NCBI GenBank assembly: GCA_021731245.1
Contig: JAKFXT010000008.1
Location: 1,045-65,044 of the forward strand
Reading direction: 5' to 3'
Length of the DNA stretch: 64,000 nucleotides
Origin: Patescibacteria group bacterium
GTDB taxonomy: Bacteria > Patescibacteriota > Minisyncoccia > Phycocordibacterales > JAKFXT01
The first letter of the stretch is position 1; the number at the start of each line of letters is the position of its first letter. Shown here piece after piece: positions 49,125 to 58,174 of the stretch. Below the pieces are notes generated by a model. That model was not told where the DNA came from and did not search any database. It saw nothing but the letters and a program-made list of their open reading frames with translations. The translations under genes and the position numbers were made by a program.

Positions 49125-49195
49125 TGGGGGATCGTCTAATGGTAGGACAGCGGCCTTTGAAGCCGTTAATTGGGGTTCGAGTCCCTGTCCCCCAG
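49125..49195 (+). tRNA. tRNA-Gln (anticodon TTG), U1-A72 first pair
   Basis: acceptor TGGGGGA/TCCCCCA, D-arm GTCTAATGGTAGGAC, anticodon stem-loop GCGGC-CTTTGAA-GCCGT, T-arm GGGGTTCGAGTCCCT. Confidence 0.8.
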
Positions 49196-49222
49196 CTTTG
49201 AACAGGAAAATAAAATAATTTT

Positions 49223-49474
49223 ATGACTATTAAAACTATTGCCGGAGGTACAGTGCATAAAATGCCGGAAGATTTAAAGAAGGTAATTATTGCGGCACCT
49301 GTTGCGCGAAAATTATGGGACGATATAACCCCACTTGCACGCAATGAGTGGATTTGTTGGGTGACCTCCGGCAAAAAAGCAGAAACTAGAGGTATTCGAA
49401 TTCAAAAAGGAATCTCGAGGATGAAAGGTGGAATGAGGAGACCTTGTTGTTGGGAAGGATGTTCCCATCGTTGA
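49223..49474 (+). CDS. YdeI/OmpD-associated-family-like small protein (tentative)
   Basis: ARNEWICWVTSGKKAETRGIRIQKGISRMKGG resembles the conserved C-terminal segment of that family; terminator hairpin 49510-49540. Confidence 0.35.
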   Translation: MTIKTIAGGTVHKMPEDLKKVIIAAPVARKLWDDITPLARNEWICWVTSGKKAETRGIRIQKGISRMKGGMRRPCCWEGCSHR

Positions 49475-49579
49475 GGAGCTTAGGCGACGAAATACTGAGG
49501 TCAGCAGATCCGAATGTGCTGATATTTTTTAGTAAAACCTTCATGGAGTTTTAATGTAGAGGTTTGTTATAATGCGTTC

Positions 49580-50083
49580 ATGAAAAATCCTGTCACCATT
49601 CTTTTGGTTGTCGCCGTTATTTTTATGCTTGGATATATAGTTAATTTGAAAGTTTCAAATAAGGATTCAGACACTGACAAAACTCCTGTAACGACAAATA
49701 ATAATGGTCCAAAGATAAATCTAAGTAATCAGGGACTTACAAAAGCCCCAGAATACATCTTTAGTCAAAGTAATCTTGAAGAATTGGACCTCTCTTATAA
49801 TTCGATTGGGGGCGCTTTGCAATCTCAGATTAGAAACTTGAAAAAATTGAAAGTTCTAAACTTAAGTAATAATAAATTTACAGGGGTGCCGGCTGAGGTG
49901 GGTCAACTTGTAAATTTAGAAGTATTAAATTTGAGCAAAAATCAAATTACAGGTTTGCCATACGAGCTTGGTAATTTGAAAAATCTTAAACTTCTCGACT
50001 TATCTCAGAATCAATATTCAGAAATAGATTTGGCAAAAATAAAAGAAACTTTACCAAAAACAACTATTATTAAAACAAAGTAG
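49580..50083 (+). CDS. leucine-rich repeat protein, N-terminal TM anchor
   Basis: five LxxLxLxxNxI/F repeats (LDLSYNSI, LNLSNNKF, LNLSKNQI, LDLSQNQY). Confidence 0.7.
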   Translation: MKNPVTILLVVAVIFMLGYIVNLKVSNKDSDTDKTPVTTNNNGPKINLSNQGLTKAPEYIFSQSNLEELDLSYNSIGGALQSQIRNLKKLKVLNLSNNKFTGVPAEVGQLVNLEVLNLSKNQITGLPYELGNLKNLKLLDLSQNQYSEIDLAKIKETLPKTTIIKTK

Positions 50084-50109
50084 TCACGAATAGAGAATGG
50101 TCCAAATTT

Positions 50110-50754
50110 GTGAAGCCTCATTTTAAATATTTTCTATATGGTTGCGGAATAATTGCGATTTTTGTTTTGATTATAAATTTGGCTTTTTACTTTAAGACAA
50201 AGTCATTTATATATAAAAACGTTGATGATATCCCTACAACACAAGTAGTAATTATTCCTGGCGCGGCAATACTGAAAAGCGGAGAGCTTTCTCCAATTTT
50301 TAAAGACAGGGTGGATAAAGCTATAGAATTATATAATTTGAAAAAAGTTTCTAAGATTCTGGTTTCGGGTGACAATAGCACTGTAAGTTACAACGAAGTG
50401 AACCCTGTTCGTATATATCTTTTGGAAAGAGGTATACCAGACCAAGATATTTTTCTAGATCATGCTGGGTTTGATACTTATAGTACTATGTATCGCGCCC
50501 GTGACGTTTTTGGCGCCACCTCAACCGTTATTTCGACTCAGGACTTTCATTTGCCAAGAGCTGTATTTATAGGGAAAAGTCTAGGTTTAACAGCTTATGG
50601 TGCCGATGCCGATACGCTCAATATTCTCCCGCGTAATTATGTTCGTGAAGTCTTTGCCAATGTGAAAGCCTTTTTAAATCTATCTTTTGATAGACTACCT
50701 AAATATCTAGGAGAGCCTATTCCTATAACAGGAGATGGCAGAATTTACCCTTAA
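50110..50754 (+). CDS. SanA/YdcF (DUF218) family membrane protein
   Basis: N-terminal TM then VVIIPGAA...ILVSGDN...YNEV pattern typical of DUF218. Confidence 0.55.
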   Translation: MKPHFKYFLYGCGIIAIFVLIINLAFYFKTKSFIYKNVDDIPTTQVVIIPGAAILKSGELSPIFKDRVDKAIELYNLKKVSKILVSGDNSTVSYNEVNPVRIYLLERGIPDQDIFLDHAGFDTYSTMYRARDVFGATSTVISTQDFHLPRAVFIGKSLGLTAYGADADTLNILPRNYVREVFANVKAFLNLSFDRLPKYLGEPIPITGDGRIYP

Positions 50755-50820
50755 TAATTGATTACAAAAACTTTTGAATATGATTAATGTAATAAAAAAC
50801 ATATTTACCCGTCTATATCT

Positions 50821-51345
50821 ATGAAGGCAGATAATGATAAAATGGAGAAAACCTTTCTAAGAGCATATGAAGATTATAGTGATGCCATTTTTCGCTTCTG
50901 CTACTACAAAACCAATGATAGAGAAGTTGCAAAAGATTTGGCACAAGAAACCTTTGTTAAAACCTGGGACTCTATTCGGGCGGGGAAAGCTGTCAACAAT
51001 TTCAAAGTTTTTCTTTATTTTGTGGCGAGAAATACAGTCATTGATTTTTGGCGCAAAAAGAAATCTATTCCAGAAAGTAGATTGGAGGAAGATTTTTTTG
51101 AAACTGTCGCAAGTGGAGAAGACAGTGAGATGGACGCCGAAATTAGTTTACTTATCTTAAATATGAAGAAATTAGAAAATTCTGATCGCGAACTCATCAC
51201 ACTTAGATTTATTGAAGGTTTAGGTATAAAAGAAATAGCCACGATTTTAAATGAAAGAGAAAATACTGTTTCTGTCCGAATGATGAGAGCTGTGGAACGC
51301 CTGAAAAAAATCACAATGGGACCAGATGGTAATAATAAAATTTAA
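50821..51345 (+). CDS. ECF-type RNA polymerase sigma-70 family factor
   Basis: region 2 (FRFCYYKTNDREVAKDLAQETFVKTW) and region 4 HTH (GLGIKEIATILNERENTVSVRMMRAVERL). Confidence 0.8.
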   Translation: MKADNDKMEKTFLRAYEDYSDAIFRFCYYKTNDREVAKDLAQETFVKTWDSIRAGKAVNNFKVFLYFVARNTVIDFWRKKKSIPESRLEEDFFETVASGEDSEMDAEISLLILNMKKLENSDRELITLRFIEGLGIKEIATILNERENTVSVRMMRAVERLKKITMGPDGNNKI

Positions 51346-51349
51346 ATAT

Positions 51350-52753
51350 ATGGAAGAATCATTTGAAAAAAGAATAGAAAAGTTAAAAAGTGTTTCTCAA
51401 AATATTTCCCTTAGAAAAGAGGAGAAGCTTTTGATGCGTGAGAACATTAATAAGTATATGGAAAGTTTCCCTTTGATAGCCAAGTTAGGTGTAATAGAAA
51501 GCCTGATGGCACGTCTTAATAGTTGGAAGCAGGCAATATTAAGCTTCCGATTATTAGCTTTAAAGAAAACCAAAATTATGATAACTGCAATAATAAGTCT
51601 AGTTTTAGCCCTTTCAGGAGGAGTATCATTCGCCGCTCAAGGGTCTGTCCCAGGAGATGCGCTCTACCCGATTAAGGTTAACGTTAATGAAAAGGCCCAA
51701 GTACTTTTGGCAGTTTCGCCAGAAGCCAAGTTAGCTTTGCAAGGGAAGTTAGCTGAATATCGTCTAGAAGAAGCATCTAAATTAGCCGCTGAAGGTAAAT
51801 TAAACGCGGAAAATAAAAAAGAATTAGAAGCTCGTTTCAAGGCCAATGTTAAGGTGTTTACAGAAAATTCCAAAAAACTTTCCGATAATGATAAAAATTT
51901 TAATCCCACAGACTTAAACATTCGCTTTGAGTCACAAATAAAAGCTTATGAAGCGGTGTTGCAAAACATCTTGAATCAATCCGCCTCAACCACAGCGACA
52001 AGTACAACGAATGGTGCCAATCAATTCTTGTTCACTATTAACGATGCCAAAATGAAAATTCAGGAAAATAGAGGACAGTTTGAACTCAAATTAGGTGGAA
52101 CTCTCAGTGTTCTCAATGGCTCTACTACTGCCACAACCACAGTGAAGGTTCACGCAACTAGCACTAAGGAAATGGCCGAAGGAAAACAAAGAGCCGCTGA
52201 AAATGTATTAGCTTCCGCCAAATCTATGTTTGAAAGAGCTGAGGATAAACTAGCCACTACCACAGAAGTTCAAGTTCAAGCTAAACTCGATGAATCAAAT
52301 AGAAATATAGTTGAGGGTAAGACTAAGGTTACTGCTGGGAATTATGCCGGAGCAATAATCAATTTCCAAACAGCCATTAGATTAGCTAATGATGCCAAAG
52401 TTCTCACTATGACTAGTCTTGTTAAGACTCACATAAAGATAGATATAAGAGATGATCATAAAGACAAAAAGGATAAAGATGATGACAAAGATGACAAGCA
52501 TCGTGACAATGATGATAAATACAAAACATCAACCACGACTTATAACAAAGATGGAAAAATCTACTATAGACCAAGCATTGATATAAAAAATATCATTGAT
52601 GTCAAGAAAGTAGAAAATAATAATAACAACAACGATAATGATGATGACGACAATAAAGATGAAAAGAAGCATGTAGAGACTAACGTCAAAATAAATGGGA
52701 ACTCCAATAATGGAGAAGTGAACATTGATGTAAGAGGAAAAATTGGATTATAG
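51350..52753 (+). CDS. putative anti-sigma factor, DUF5667-like extracytoplasmic domain, D/K/N-rich low-complexity C-terminus
   Basis: start ATG 51350 abuts sigma stop; single TM ~aa 85-105; PGDALYPIKVNVNEKAQ motif; strong terminator 52769-52820. Confidence 0.5.
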   Translation: MEESFEKRIEKLKSVSQNISLRKEEKLLMRENINKYMESFPLIAKLGVIESLMARLNSWKQAILSFRLLALKKTKIMITAIISLVLALSGGVSFAAQGSVPGDALYPIKVNVNEKAQVLLAVSPEAKLALQGKLAEYRLEEASKLAAEGKLNAENKKELEARFKANVKVFTENSKKLSDNDKNFNPTDLNIRFESQIKAYEAVLQNILNQSASTTATSTTNGANQFLFTINDAKMKIQENRGQFELKLGGTLSVLNGSTTATTTVKVHATSTKEMAEGKQRAAENVLASAKSMFERAEDKLATTTEVQVQAKLDESNRNIVEGKTKVTAGNYAGAIINFQTAIRLANDAKVLTMTSLVKTHIKIDIRDDHKDKKDKDDDKDDKHRDNDDKYKTSTTTYNKDGKIYYRPSIDIKNIIDVKKVENNNNNNDNDDDDNKDEKKHVETNVKINGNSNNGEVNIDVRGKIGL

Positions 52754-52881
52754 ATTCTGAAAATTAGAAAACCCGCCTAAGGTATAAGGTTAGCCCTTAC
52801 CTTAGGCGGGTTTTCCTTTTATCGATTACTTATGATAAATTTAGTAAGGTATATAAAATTACAAATATTAAATAACACTCA

Positions 52882-54000
52882 ATGAGAAAATACGTATCAG
52901 TTTTTGTCTTAACAATATTTTTAGCCCTTGCTCCTACGGCCCTTGCTCATGAGTCCCGCACATATGAAATAAACGGAAATGAATATGCGTTCACCGTTGG
53001 TTCTTTGGGGGAACCTGTTGTGGTAGACGATAAAAGCGGAGTCGACTTAGGTATTAAACGCTTCGGCGCTGCACTTGAAGGAGCAGAGAAAATTTTGAAG
53101 GTTGAAGTAAAGAGCGGTGATGTCAAAAAAGTTTTTGACTTAGAGACTGTTTGGGGAGAAGTTGGGAAATACAAAACTACATTTTTTATTACAAAGGAGG
53201 ACCCTATCTCATACAGGTTTATAGGAACTATAGATGGTAGAGAAATTGATTTTCTGTTTGAGTGTTCTCCTAAGGGACACCAAATGAATGCAATGGAGGA
53301 AGATAAAACCAGGACTAAATTATCAGAAAATGTTTTCCTAATTTCAAAGAAAGGTTCATTTGGTTGCCCTGCAAAAAAGAGCGATTATCAATTTCCTGTT
53401 TCTACAAAAGATCAGCTTCATTTGAATAACGGTATATTTTTCGCAATCTTTCTAGGTATTGTAGGAACAATTCTTTCCATTTGGGCTATTTTAAGAAATA
53501 GGAATAATGGAAATCAAATGGTGGAGTCTGTGAGTAACAAAAAAATAATTCGTATATTAATCATCGCCCTAATCTTAGGACTTGTCGTTTATGGAGTATT
53601 TTGTCTAAATAGCAGAACTGATAAGAAAGACAAAGTGGAAGTGCCTATGGACCATATGGCTCATCCTATGGTTGAAATAAATCTTTCTAGTCCGATTCCA
53701 AAATTATCTCTGGATGTGGTTAAAGATTCAAAGGATGGATATAACATTCATCTGATTACTCAAAATTATTCCTTTACTCCAGAAAGTGTTGGCGGAAAGA
53801 ATAAGGACAATACTGGACACGCGCATTTGTATGTAAATGGGGTCAAAGTAGCTAGACTTTATAGCTCATGGTTTAACCTTGGGAACAGTTTTTTGAAAGA
53901 AGGAGAGAATCTTATTGAAGTTACTCTTAATGCAAATGACCACAGCGAATGGGTGCAAAAAGGTGAACACATTTCTGCTAAAACAAAAATAATAAAATAG
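52882..54000 (+). CDS. hypothetical secreted/membrane protein (signal peptide, two internal TM helices)
   Basis: signal peptide ...ALA then His at predicted mature N-terminus; no family recognised. Confidence 0.3.
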   Translation: MRKYVSVFVLTIFLALAPTALAHESRTYEINGNEYAFTVGSLGEPVVVDDKSGVDLGIKRFGAALEGAEKILKVEVKSGDVKKVFDLETVWGEVGKYKTTFFITKEDPISYRFIGTIDGREIDFLFECSPKGHQMNAMEEDKTRTKLSENVFLISKKGSFGCPAKKSDYQFPVSTKDQLHLNNGIFFAIFLGIVGTILSIWAILRNRNNGNQMVESVSNKKIIRILIIALILGLVVYGVFCLNSRTDKKDKVEVPMDHMAHPMVEINLSSPIPKLSLDVVKDSKDGYNIHLITQNYSFTPESVGGKNKDNTGHAHLYVNGVKVARLYSSWFNLGNSFLKEGENLIEVTLNANDHSEWVQKGEHISAKTKIIK

Positions 54001-54003
54001 TTA

Positions 54004-54420
54004 ATGAAAAGTATAACTGTAGAAGTAATTGTAGGTGCACCAATAGAAAAGGTATGGAAGATGTGGACTGGTCCGGAGCATATTGTACATTGGTGTCACG
54101 CATCTGATGACTGGGAGTGTCCGAAGGCTGAAAATGATTTGAGAGTGGGAGGAAGATTTTTATCAACTTTTGCCGCTAAAGATAAATCACAATCTTTCGA
54201 TTTAACGGGGACTTATACGGCAGTGGAAGAAAATAAATTGATTGGCTACACCATGGATGGGGATGATGCTAGAAAAGTGGAGATTCATTTTGAAAAAGTT
54301 GATGGGGGAGTAAAAATTACTGAGACTTTTGATATGGAAAATCAAAATTCTGAAGAGCTCCAGCGCTCCGGCTGGCAAGCAATACTGAATAATTTTAAAT
54401 CTTACGTCGAGAGTAATTAG
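54004..54420 (+). CDS. SRPBCC (AHSA1-like) domain protein
   Basis: ITVEVIVGAPIEKVWKMWTGPEHIVHW... pattern typical of Aha1/SRPBCC fold, 138 aa. Confidence 0.55.
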   Translation: MKSITVEVIVGAPIEKVWKMWTGPEHIVHWCHASDDWECPKAENDLRVGGRFLSTFAAKDKSQSFDLTGTYTAVEENKLIGYTMDGDDARKVEIHFEKVDGGVKITETFDMENQNSEELQRSGWQAILNNFKSYVESN

Positions 54421-54444
54421 AGAGTAATTAATTTTAAATAAAAA

Positions 54445-54465
54445 GAAGCCCGCATCGCGGGCTTC
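54445..54465. terminator. hairpin terminator shared by convergent genes
   Basis: gaagcccgc-atc-gcgggcttc; T-run on minus strand immediately after, weaker on plus. Confidence 0.45.
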
Positions 54466-54466
54466 G

Positions 54467-54829
54467 TCAGGCGGCTTTTTTCTCTCCTTTTTGATCTTCA
54501 CGCTCAAATTCTCGTTCCATCTCTTCTTCCATGTCCCGAAGATCTTTGGGACACACAGGGTCGTGTCTCTTTGTCACGAAGAAGTGGGGTTTTTCATTTA
54601 GCTTTTTTTCTACCCAAATCTCGCAGCTATACCACTCTCCAGCGTGGATTCCTTCTCTGCAGTAGGAGCAGTCGTGCCATTGCCAGGCCATTCGACTGAA
54701 GTTTCGAAGCAGACGCAGGTACTCTCGATAGGATTCGTCGTTGTCTGCAAAGAGCTCGCCGAATTCACCGGGATTTGGGTCTAAATGAAGTGGAGTTCCC
54801 GCCACTTCATGCACAATGATTTCTTGCAT
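54467..54829 (-). CDS. Cys-rich hypothetical protein in a GC-rich island
   Basis: GC3-rich; motifs WHDCSYC, WYSCE, DPVCP; acidic tail. Confidence 0.35.
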   Translation of the reverse strand: MQEIIVHEVAGTPLHLDPNPGEFGELFADNDESYREYLRLLRNFSRMAWQWHDCSYCREGIHAGEWYSCEIWVEKKLNEKPHFFVTKRHDPVCPKDLRDMEEEMEREFEREDQKGEKKAA

Positions 54830-54983
54830 GGTGGCTCCTTATGAAAGAACGGGTGGGATTCAGAAAATACTATACTATATAAATTTTCTAATGCGCAAAC
54901 GGTGATTTTAAATGGGCTCTTGTGACTATATCTATAGAGTAGTAGACTTTTTTGATGGGTATTTAATTCATTTAAAAATAATA

Positions 54984-55634
54984 ATGAGTGATGAAAAACA
55001 AATTATAATTTGTGAGCATTGTGGTAATAAAACTCCCCACGAGGTAATTTTTAACGTGAGTGGCCCAGATGAAATAATTGATTTGGGGGATGGACACGAG
55101 TTCGGTGTAGCTACGTTTTATTTTGTAGCAAAATGTAATGTATGTTCAGAAATATCATTTTATACAGATTGGGAAGAGAGTGGTAATTTAGGACAATTAA
55201 GCGAGGCCGTTCTACTTTACCCAACAAAGAATAAGTTAGATAAAATTGTTCCCGAGCCTATAATTAAGGATTATGAAGAAGCAAAAAAAGTCATAAAGAA
55301 ATCACCGATAGCTTTCGCTGTTTTAGTTAGAAGGGCTCTTGAGAATGTATGTATAAATAAAAGTGCTGTCGGAAAAAATTTAAAACAAAAACTTGATGAT
55401 TTAGGAAAAAAAGGAGTTATTCCAGAATCTCTATCAAAAATGGCAGATGCTATAAGATATCTAGGTAATGCTGGGGCGCACGCGGGGGGAGAAGATATTG
55501 ATGACGAAGAGGCAAAAATACTTGACGATTTTGTTAGGGCTATTATTGAGTATGTGTATGTTGCTCCTGATAAATTAAATAAACTTGCCAACAAAATAAG
55601 TAAGAAAAAAAATCATATTGAAAATAAAAAATAA
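54984..55634 (+). CDS. zinc-ribbon + DUF4145 (HEPN-superfamily-like) domain protein
   Basis: N-terminal CEHCGN...CNVCSE ribbon; C-terminal FAVLVRRALENV...MADAIRYLGNAGAH (R-x-x-GN-x-x-x-H) typical of DUF4145. Confidence 0.45.
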   Translation: MSDEKQIIICEHCGNKTPHEVIFNVSGPDEIIDLGDGHEFGVATFYFVAKCNVCSEISFYTDWEESGNLGQLSEAVLLYPTKNKLDKIVPEPIIKDYEEAKKVIKKSPIAFAVLVRRALENVCINKSAVGKNLKQKLDDLGKKGVIPESLSKMADAIRYLGNAGAHAGGEDIDDEEAKILDDFVRAIIEYVYVAPDKLNKLANKISKKKNHIENKK

Positions 55635-55637
55635 ATT

Positions 55638-55964
55638 ATGCACACCAATCTCGACAACTTAATAAAATTTATCACTAAGAACTATCCTTTTTCGGAGGAG
55701 ACGCATTCTAAGGTTAAGGGTTTGAGTAAAGATGAGTGGCATTTATTTGCTGTGAGGCATTTAGCCATGCACCACGCTAAAACCGCTGGAAAAATAGTTG
55801 GGGTGGTGGAACCAACGGACCATGGAGAAGAAATAAATGTTGCGCAAATAAAAGAAGACTTGCCTAAAGCTTTGGTAAATACCCTGAGACTTGCTGAACT
55901 TGTGGGTATGACTGAAAAAGATTTTATAGAAGCACTTGAAAAGATGTATAACGATAAGGTATAA
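55638..55964 (+). CDS. hypothetical small protein immediately downstream of DUF4145 gene
   Basis: 4-nt gap to upstream gene suggests co-transcription. Confidence 0.3.
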   Translation: MHTNLDNLIKFITKNYPFSEETHSKVKGLSKDEWHLFAVRHLAMHHAKTAGKIVGVVEPTDHGEEINVAQIKEDLPKALVNTLRLAELVGMTEKDFIEALEKMYNDKV

Positions 55965-55972
55965 AATACTTT

Positions 55973-56836
55973 ATGACCAAACACACCGTCATACTTTTCT
56001 ATAAATTCACCAATCTTAAGAACCCAGAAAGGTTGGCCAAATTGCACAGCCTCAAGTGCAAGGAGCTTAATTTGTTGGGGCGTATGATTCTGGCTCGCGA
56101 GGGGGTGAATGCGACATTTGAGGGCCTCACTAAAAATATAAATGCCTATAAGAGATTCCTAAAGAGAGATAAAATTTTTAAGAATATAGTAATAAAAGAG
56201 AGTGCGGGAAATGGTAAAGCTTTTACTAAACTTTCTGTTCGGGTGCGAGATGAGGTAGTGACACTTGGAACTCCAAATAAATTTAATATAAAAAAGGAAA
56301 CGGCTAAAGAGATAACAGCGACACAACTGCAAAAAATGTATGAGAAGAATGAGGACTTTGTAATTTTGGATTTGCGAAATGATTATGAAATAGCGAGTGG
56401 TAAGTTTGATAAAACAGTGGACCCAGGGTTAACGAATTTCCGAGATTTGCCAGCGAAAATAAAAGAGATTGCCCCGCTGAAAAGGAAAAAGACAATAACT
56501 GTTTGTACGGGTGGAATTCGCTGTGAGAAAGCAACCTGTCTTTTGAAGCGAGAAGGGTTTACTGATTTGTATCAGCTTAAAGATGGTATTCATACCTATA
56601 TGAAAAAATATCCTGCCAAGCACTTCAAGGGAACTCTATTTGTCTTTGATAATAGGATGACGACGGATGTGGTTAAGACGAGAAAAAAAGAAGTAATAGG
56701 TAGATGTAGCTTTTGCGACATTAAGACAGAAAATTATTGTTCTGATGATAGTGTTCGGCCATCTAGAAAAATCCTTTGTTGCGAAAAATGTTTCAAAAAA
56801 GAAGGGGCTCATTTGCGTGAAAGTGTGAGTGTGTAG
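55973..56836 (+). CDS. trhO: rhodanese-domain tRNA U34 hydroxylase-like protein (TrhO/UPF0176 family)
   Basis: N-terminal ILFYKF...GRMILAREGVNAT, rhodanese Cys loop CTGGIRCEKA, C-terminal Cys cluster. Confidence 0.6.
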   Translation: MTKHTVILFYKFTNLKNPERLAKLHSLKCKELNLLGRMILAREGVNATFEGLTKNINAYKRFLKRDKIFKNIVIKESAGNGKAFTKLSVRVRDEVVTLGTPNKFNIKKETAKEITATQLQKMYEKNEDFVILDLRNDYEIASGKFDKTVDPGLTNFRDLPAKIKEIAPLKRKKTITVCTGGIRCEKATCLLKREGFTDLYQLKDGIHTYMKKYPAKHFKGTLFVFDNRMTTDVVKTRKKEVIGRCSFCDIKTENYCSDDSVRPSRKILCCEKCFKKEGAHLRESVSV

Positions 56837-56845
56837 AATAAGTAT

Positions 56846-58132
56846 ATGAATACTGCAGATGTTGTCATAATTGGGGCTGGAGCAGCTGGATTAATGGCCG
56901 CACGGGAACTTTCTAAATCTGGAAAGAAGGTGGTTATTCTTGAGGCGAGAGATAGGGTTGGCGGGAGAATCTTTCCCTTAGATGGATTTGATTATCCGGC
57001 ACAGGGAGGAGCTGAGTTTGTACATGGAGAAGCTCCTCTTACCAAAGATTTAATAAAACAGGCCGGATTAACATACGTTCCCGAAGAAGGTGAGCTTTGG
57101 AGTATCCAAGAGCAAGACCTTGTCATAAGAGAAGCTCAACTAGTTATACCTAAAAATGATTTGTTAAAAGAGAAATTGGATAACTTAAAGGAGGATATTT
57201 CTATTAGAGAATTTCTTGATATTAATTTTTCTGGAAAAGAATACGACTCTTTTAGAAATGCGGTTATAACAATGGTAGAAGGGTATGAAGCGGCCGACCC
57301 AAAATTGATGAGCACCTTTGCTTTGAGAGATGGTTGGCTTGGCAAAGAGATGTTAAGTGATGGGAAAATTAAAGAAGGTTATGGGGCTTTATTAAATTTT
57401 CTTGAAGTTGAATGCATAAAAAATGGAGTAGATATTATTCTGAATAGTCCAGTTAATAATGTGGCTCTTGAACACAACAATACTTTTGTAAAAACAGAGA
57501 AAGGAGATATTTATAAATCTCAAAAAGCAATAGTGACTGTACCTCTTCCTGTTTTAAAAGATATCACATTCATTCCCGATATTAATCAGAAGATTAAACT
57601 GTTATCAAAAATAGGCTTTGGTGGAGTTGTTAAGATTTTAATAAAATTTAAAAGTCGTTGGTGGATAAAAACGTTAGAAAAAGATACGAGTGAAATGGCA
57701 TTTCTTTTGTCTAATGAAAAATTTAAAATCTGGTGGACACAATATCCCGAATTAGAACCTGTAATTACAGGCTGGTTGGCAGGCCCAGAATCAGAAAGGT
57801 ATAGGAATTATTCTTCTGAAGAGTTAGTTGATTTGGCCCTCGTTTCTCTTTCAAATATTTTTAAAATTGATAAGGAAATTATAGAAAAAGAAATCAAAAT
57901 TACGAAAGTTATAAATTGGCAACAAGATAAATTTTCTCAAGGCGCATACAGTTACGCTGCTTTAGGTACTGAATCTATTATGGAAAAACTGTCGGAACCA
58001 ATAGAAGAGAGTATTTTCTTTGCAGGAGAGGCCTTGTTTTCAGGGGATGCAACATCAACTGTTGAAGGTGCTTTGGGGAGTGGTTTGGAAGTCTCAAGAA
58101 AAGTGTTAGATAAATATGATAAAATTATCTAA
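56846..58132 (+). CDS. FAD-dependent amine oxidase-like oxidoreductase
   Basis: DVVIIGAGAAGLMAAREL...ILEARDRVGGRI dinucleotide-binding motif. Confidence 0.65.
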   Translation: MNTADVVIIGAGAAGLMAARELSKSGKKVVILEARDRVGGRIFPLDGFDYPAQGGAEFVHGEAPLTKDLIKQAGLTYVPEEGELWSIQEQDLVIREAQLVIPKNDLLKEKLDNLKEDISIREFLDINFSGKEYDSFRNAVITMVEGYEAADPKLMSTFALRDGWLGKEMLSDGKIKEGYGALLNFLEVECIKNGVDIILNSPVNNVALEHNNTFVKTEKGDIYKSQKAIVTVPLPVLKDITFIPDINQKIKLLSKIGFGGVVKILIKFKSRWWIKTLEKDTSEMAFLLSNEKFKIWWTQYPELEPVITGWLAGPESERYRNYSSEELVDLALVSLSNIFKIDKEIIEKEIKITKVINWQQDKFSQGAYSYAALGTESIMEKLSEPIEESIFFAGEALFSGDATSTVEGALGSGLEVSRKVLDKYDKII

Positions 58133-58174
58133 TCTTCATTAAGCCTTCAGTATAGTTAATTAAAATTAAACAAA

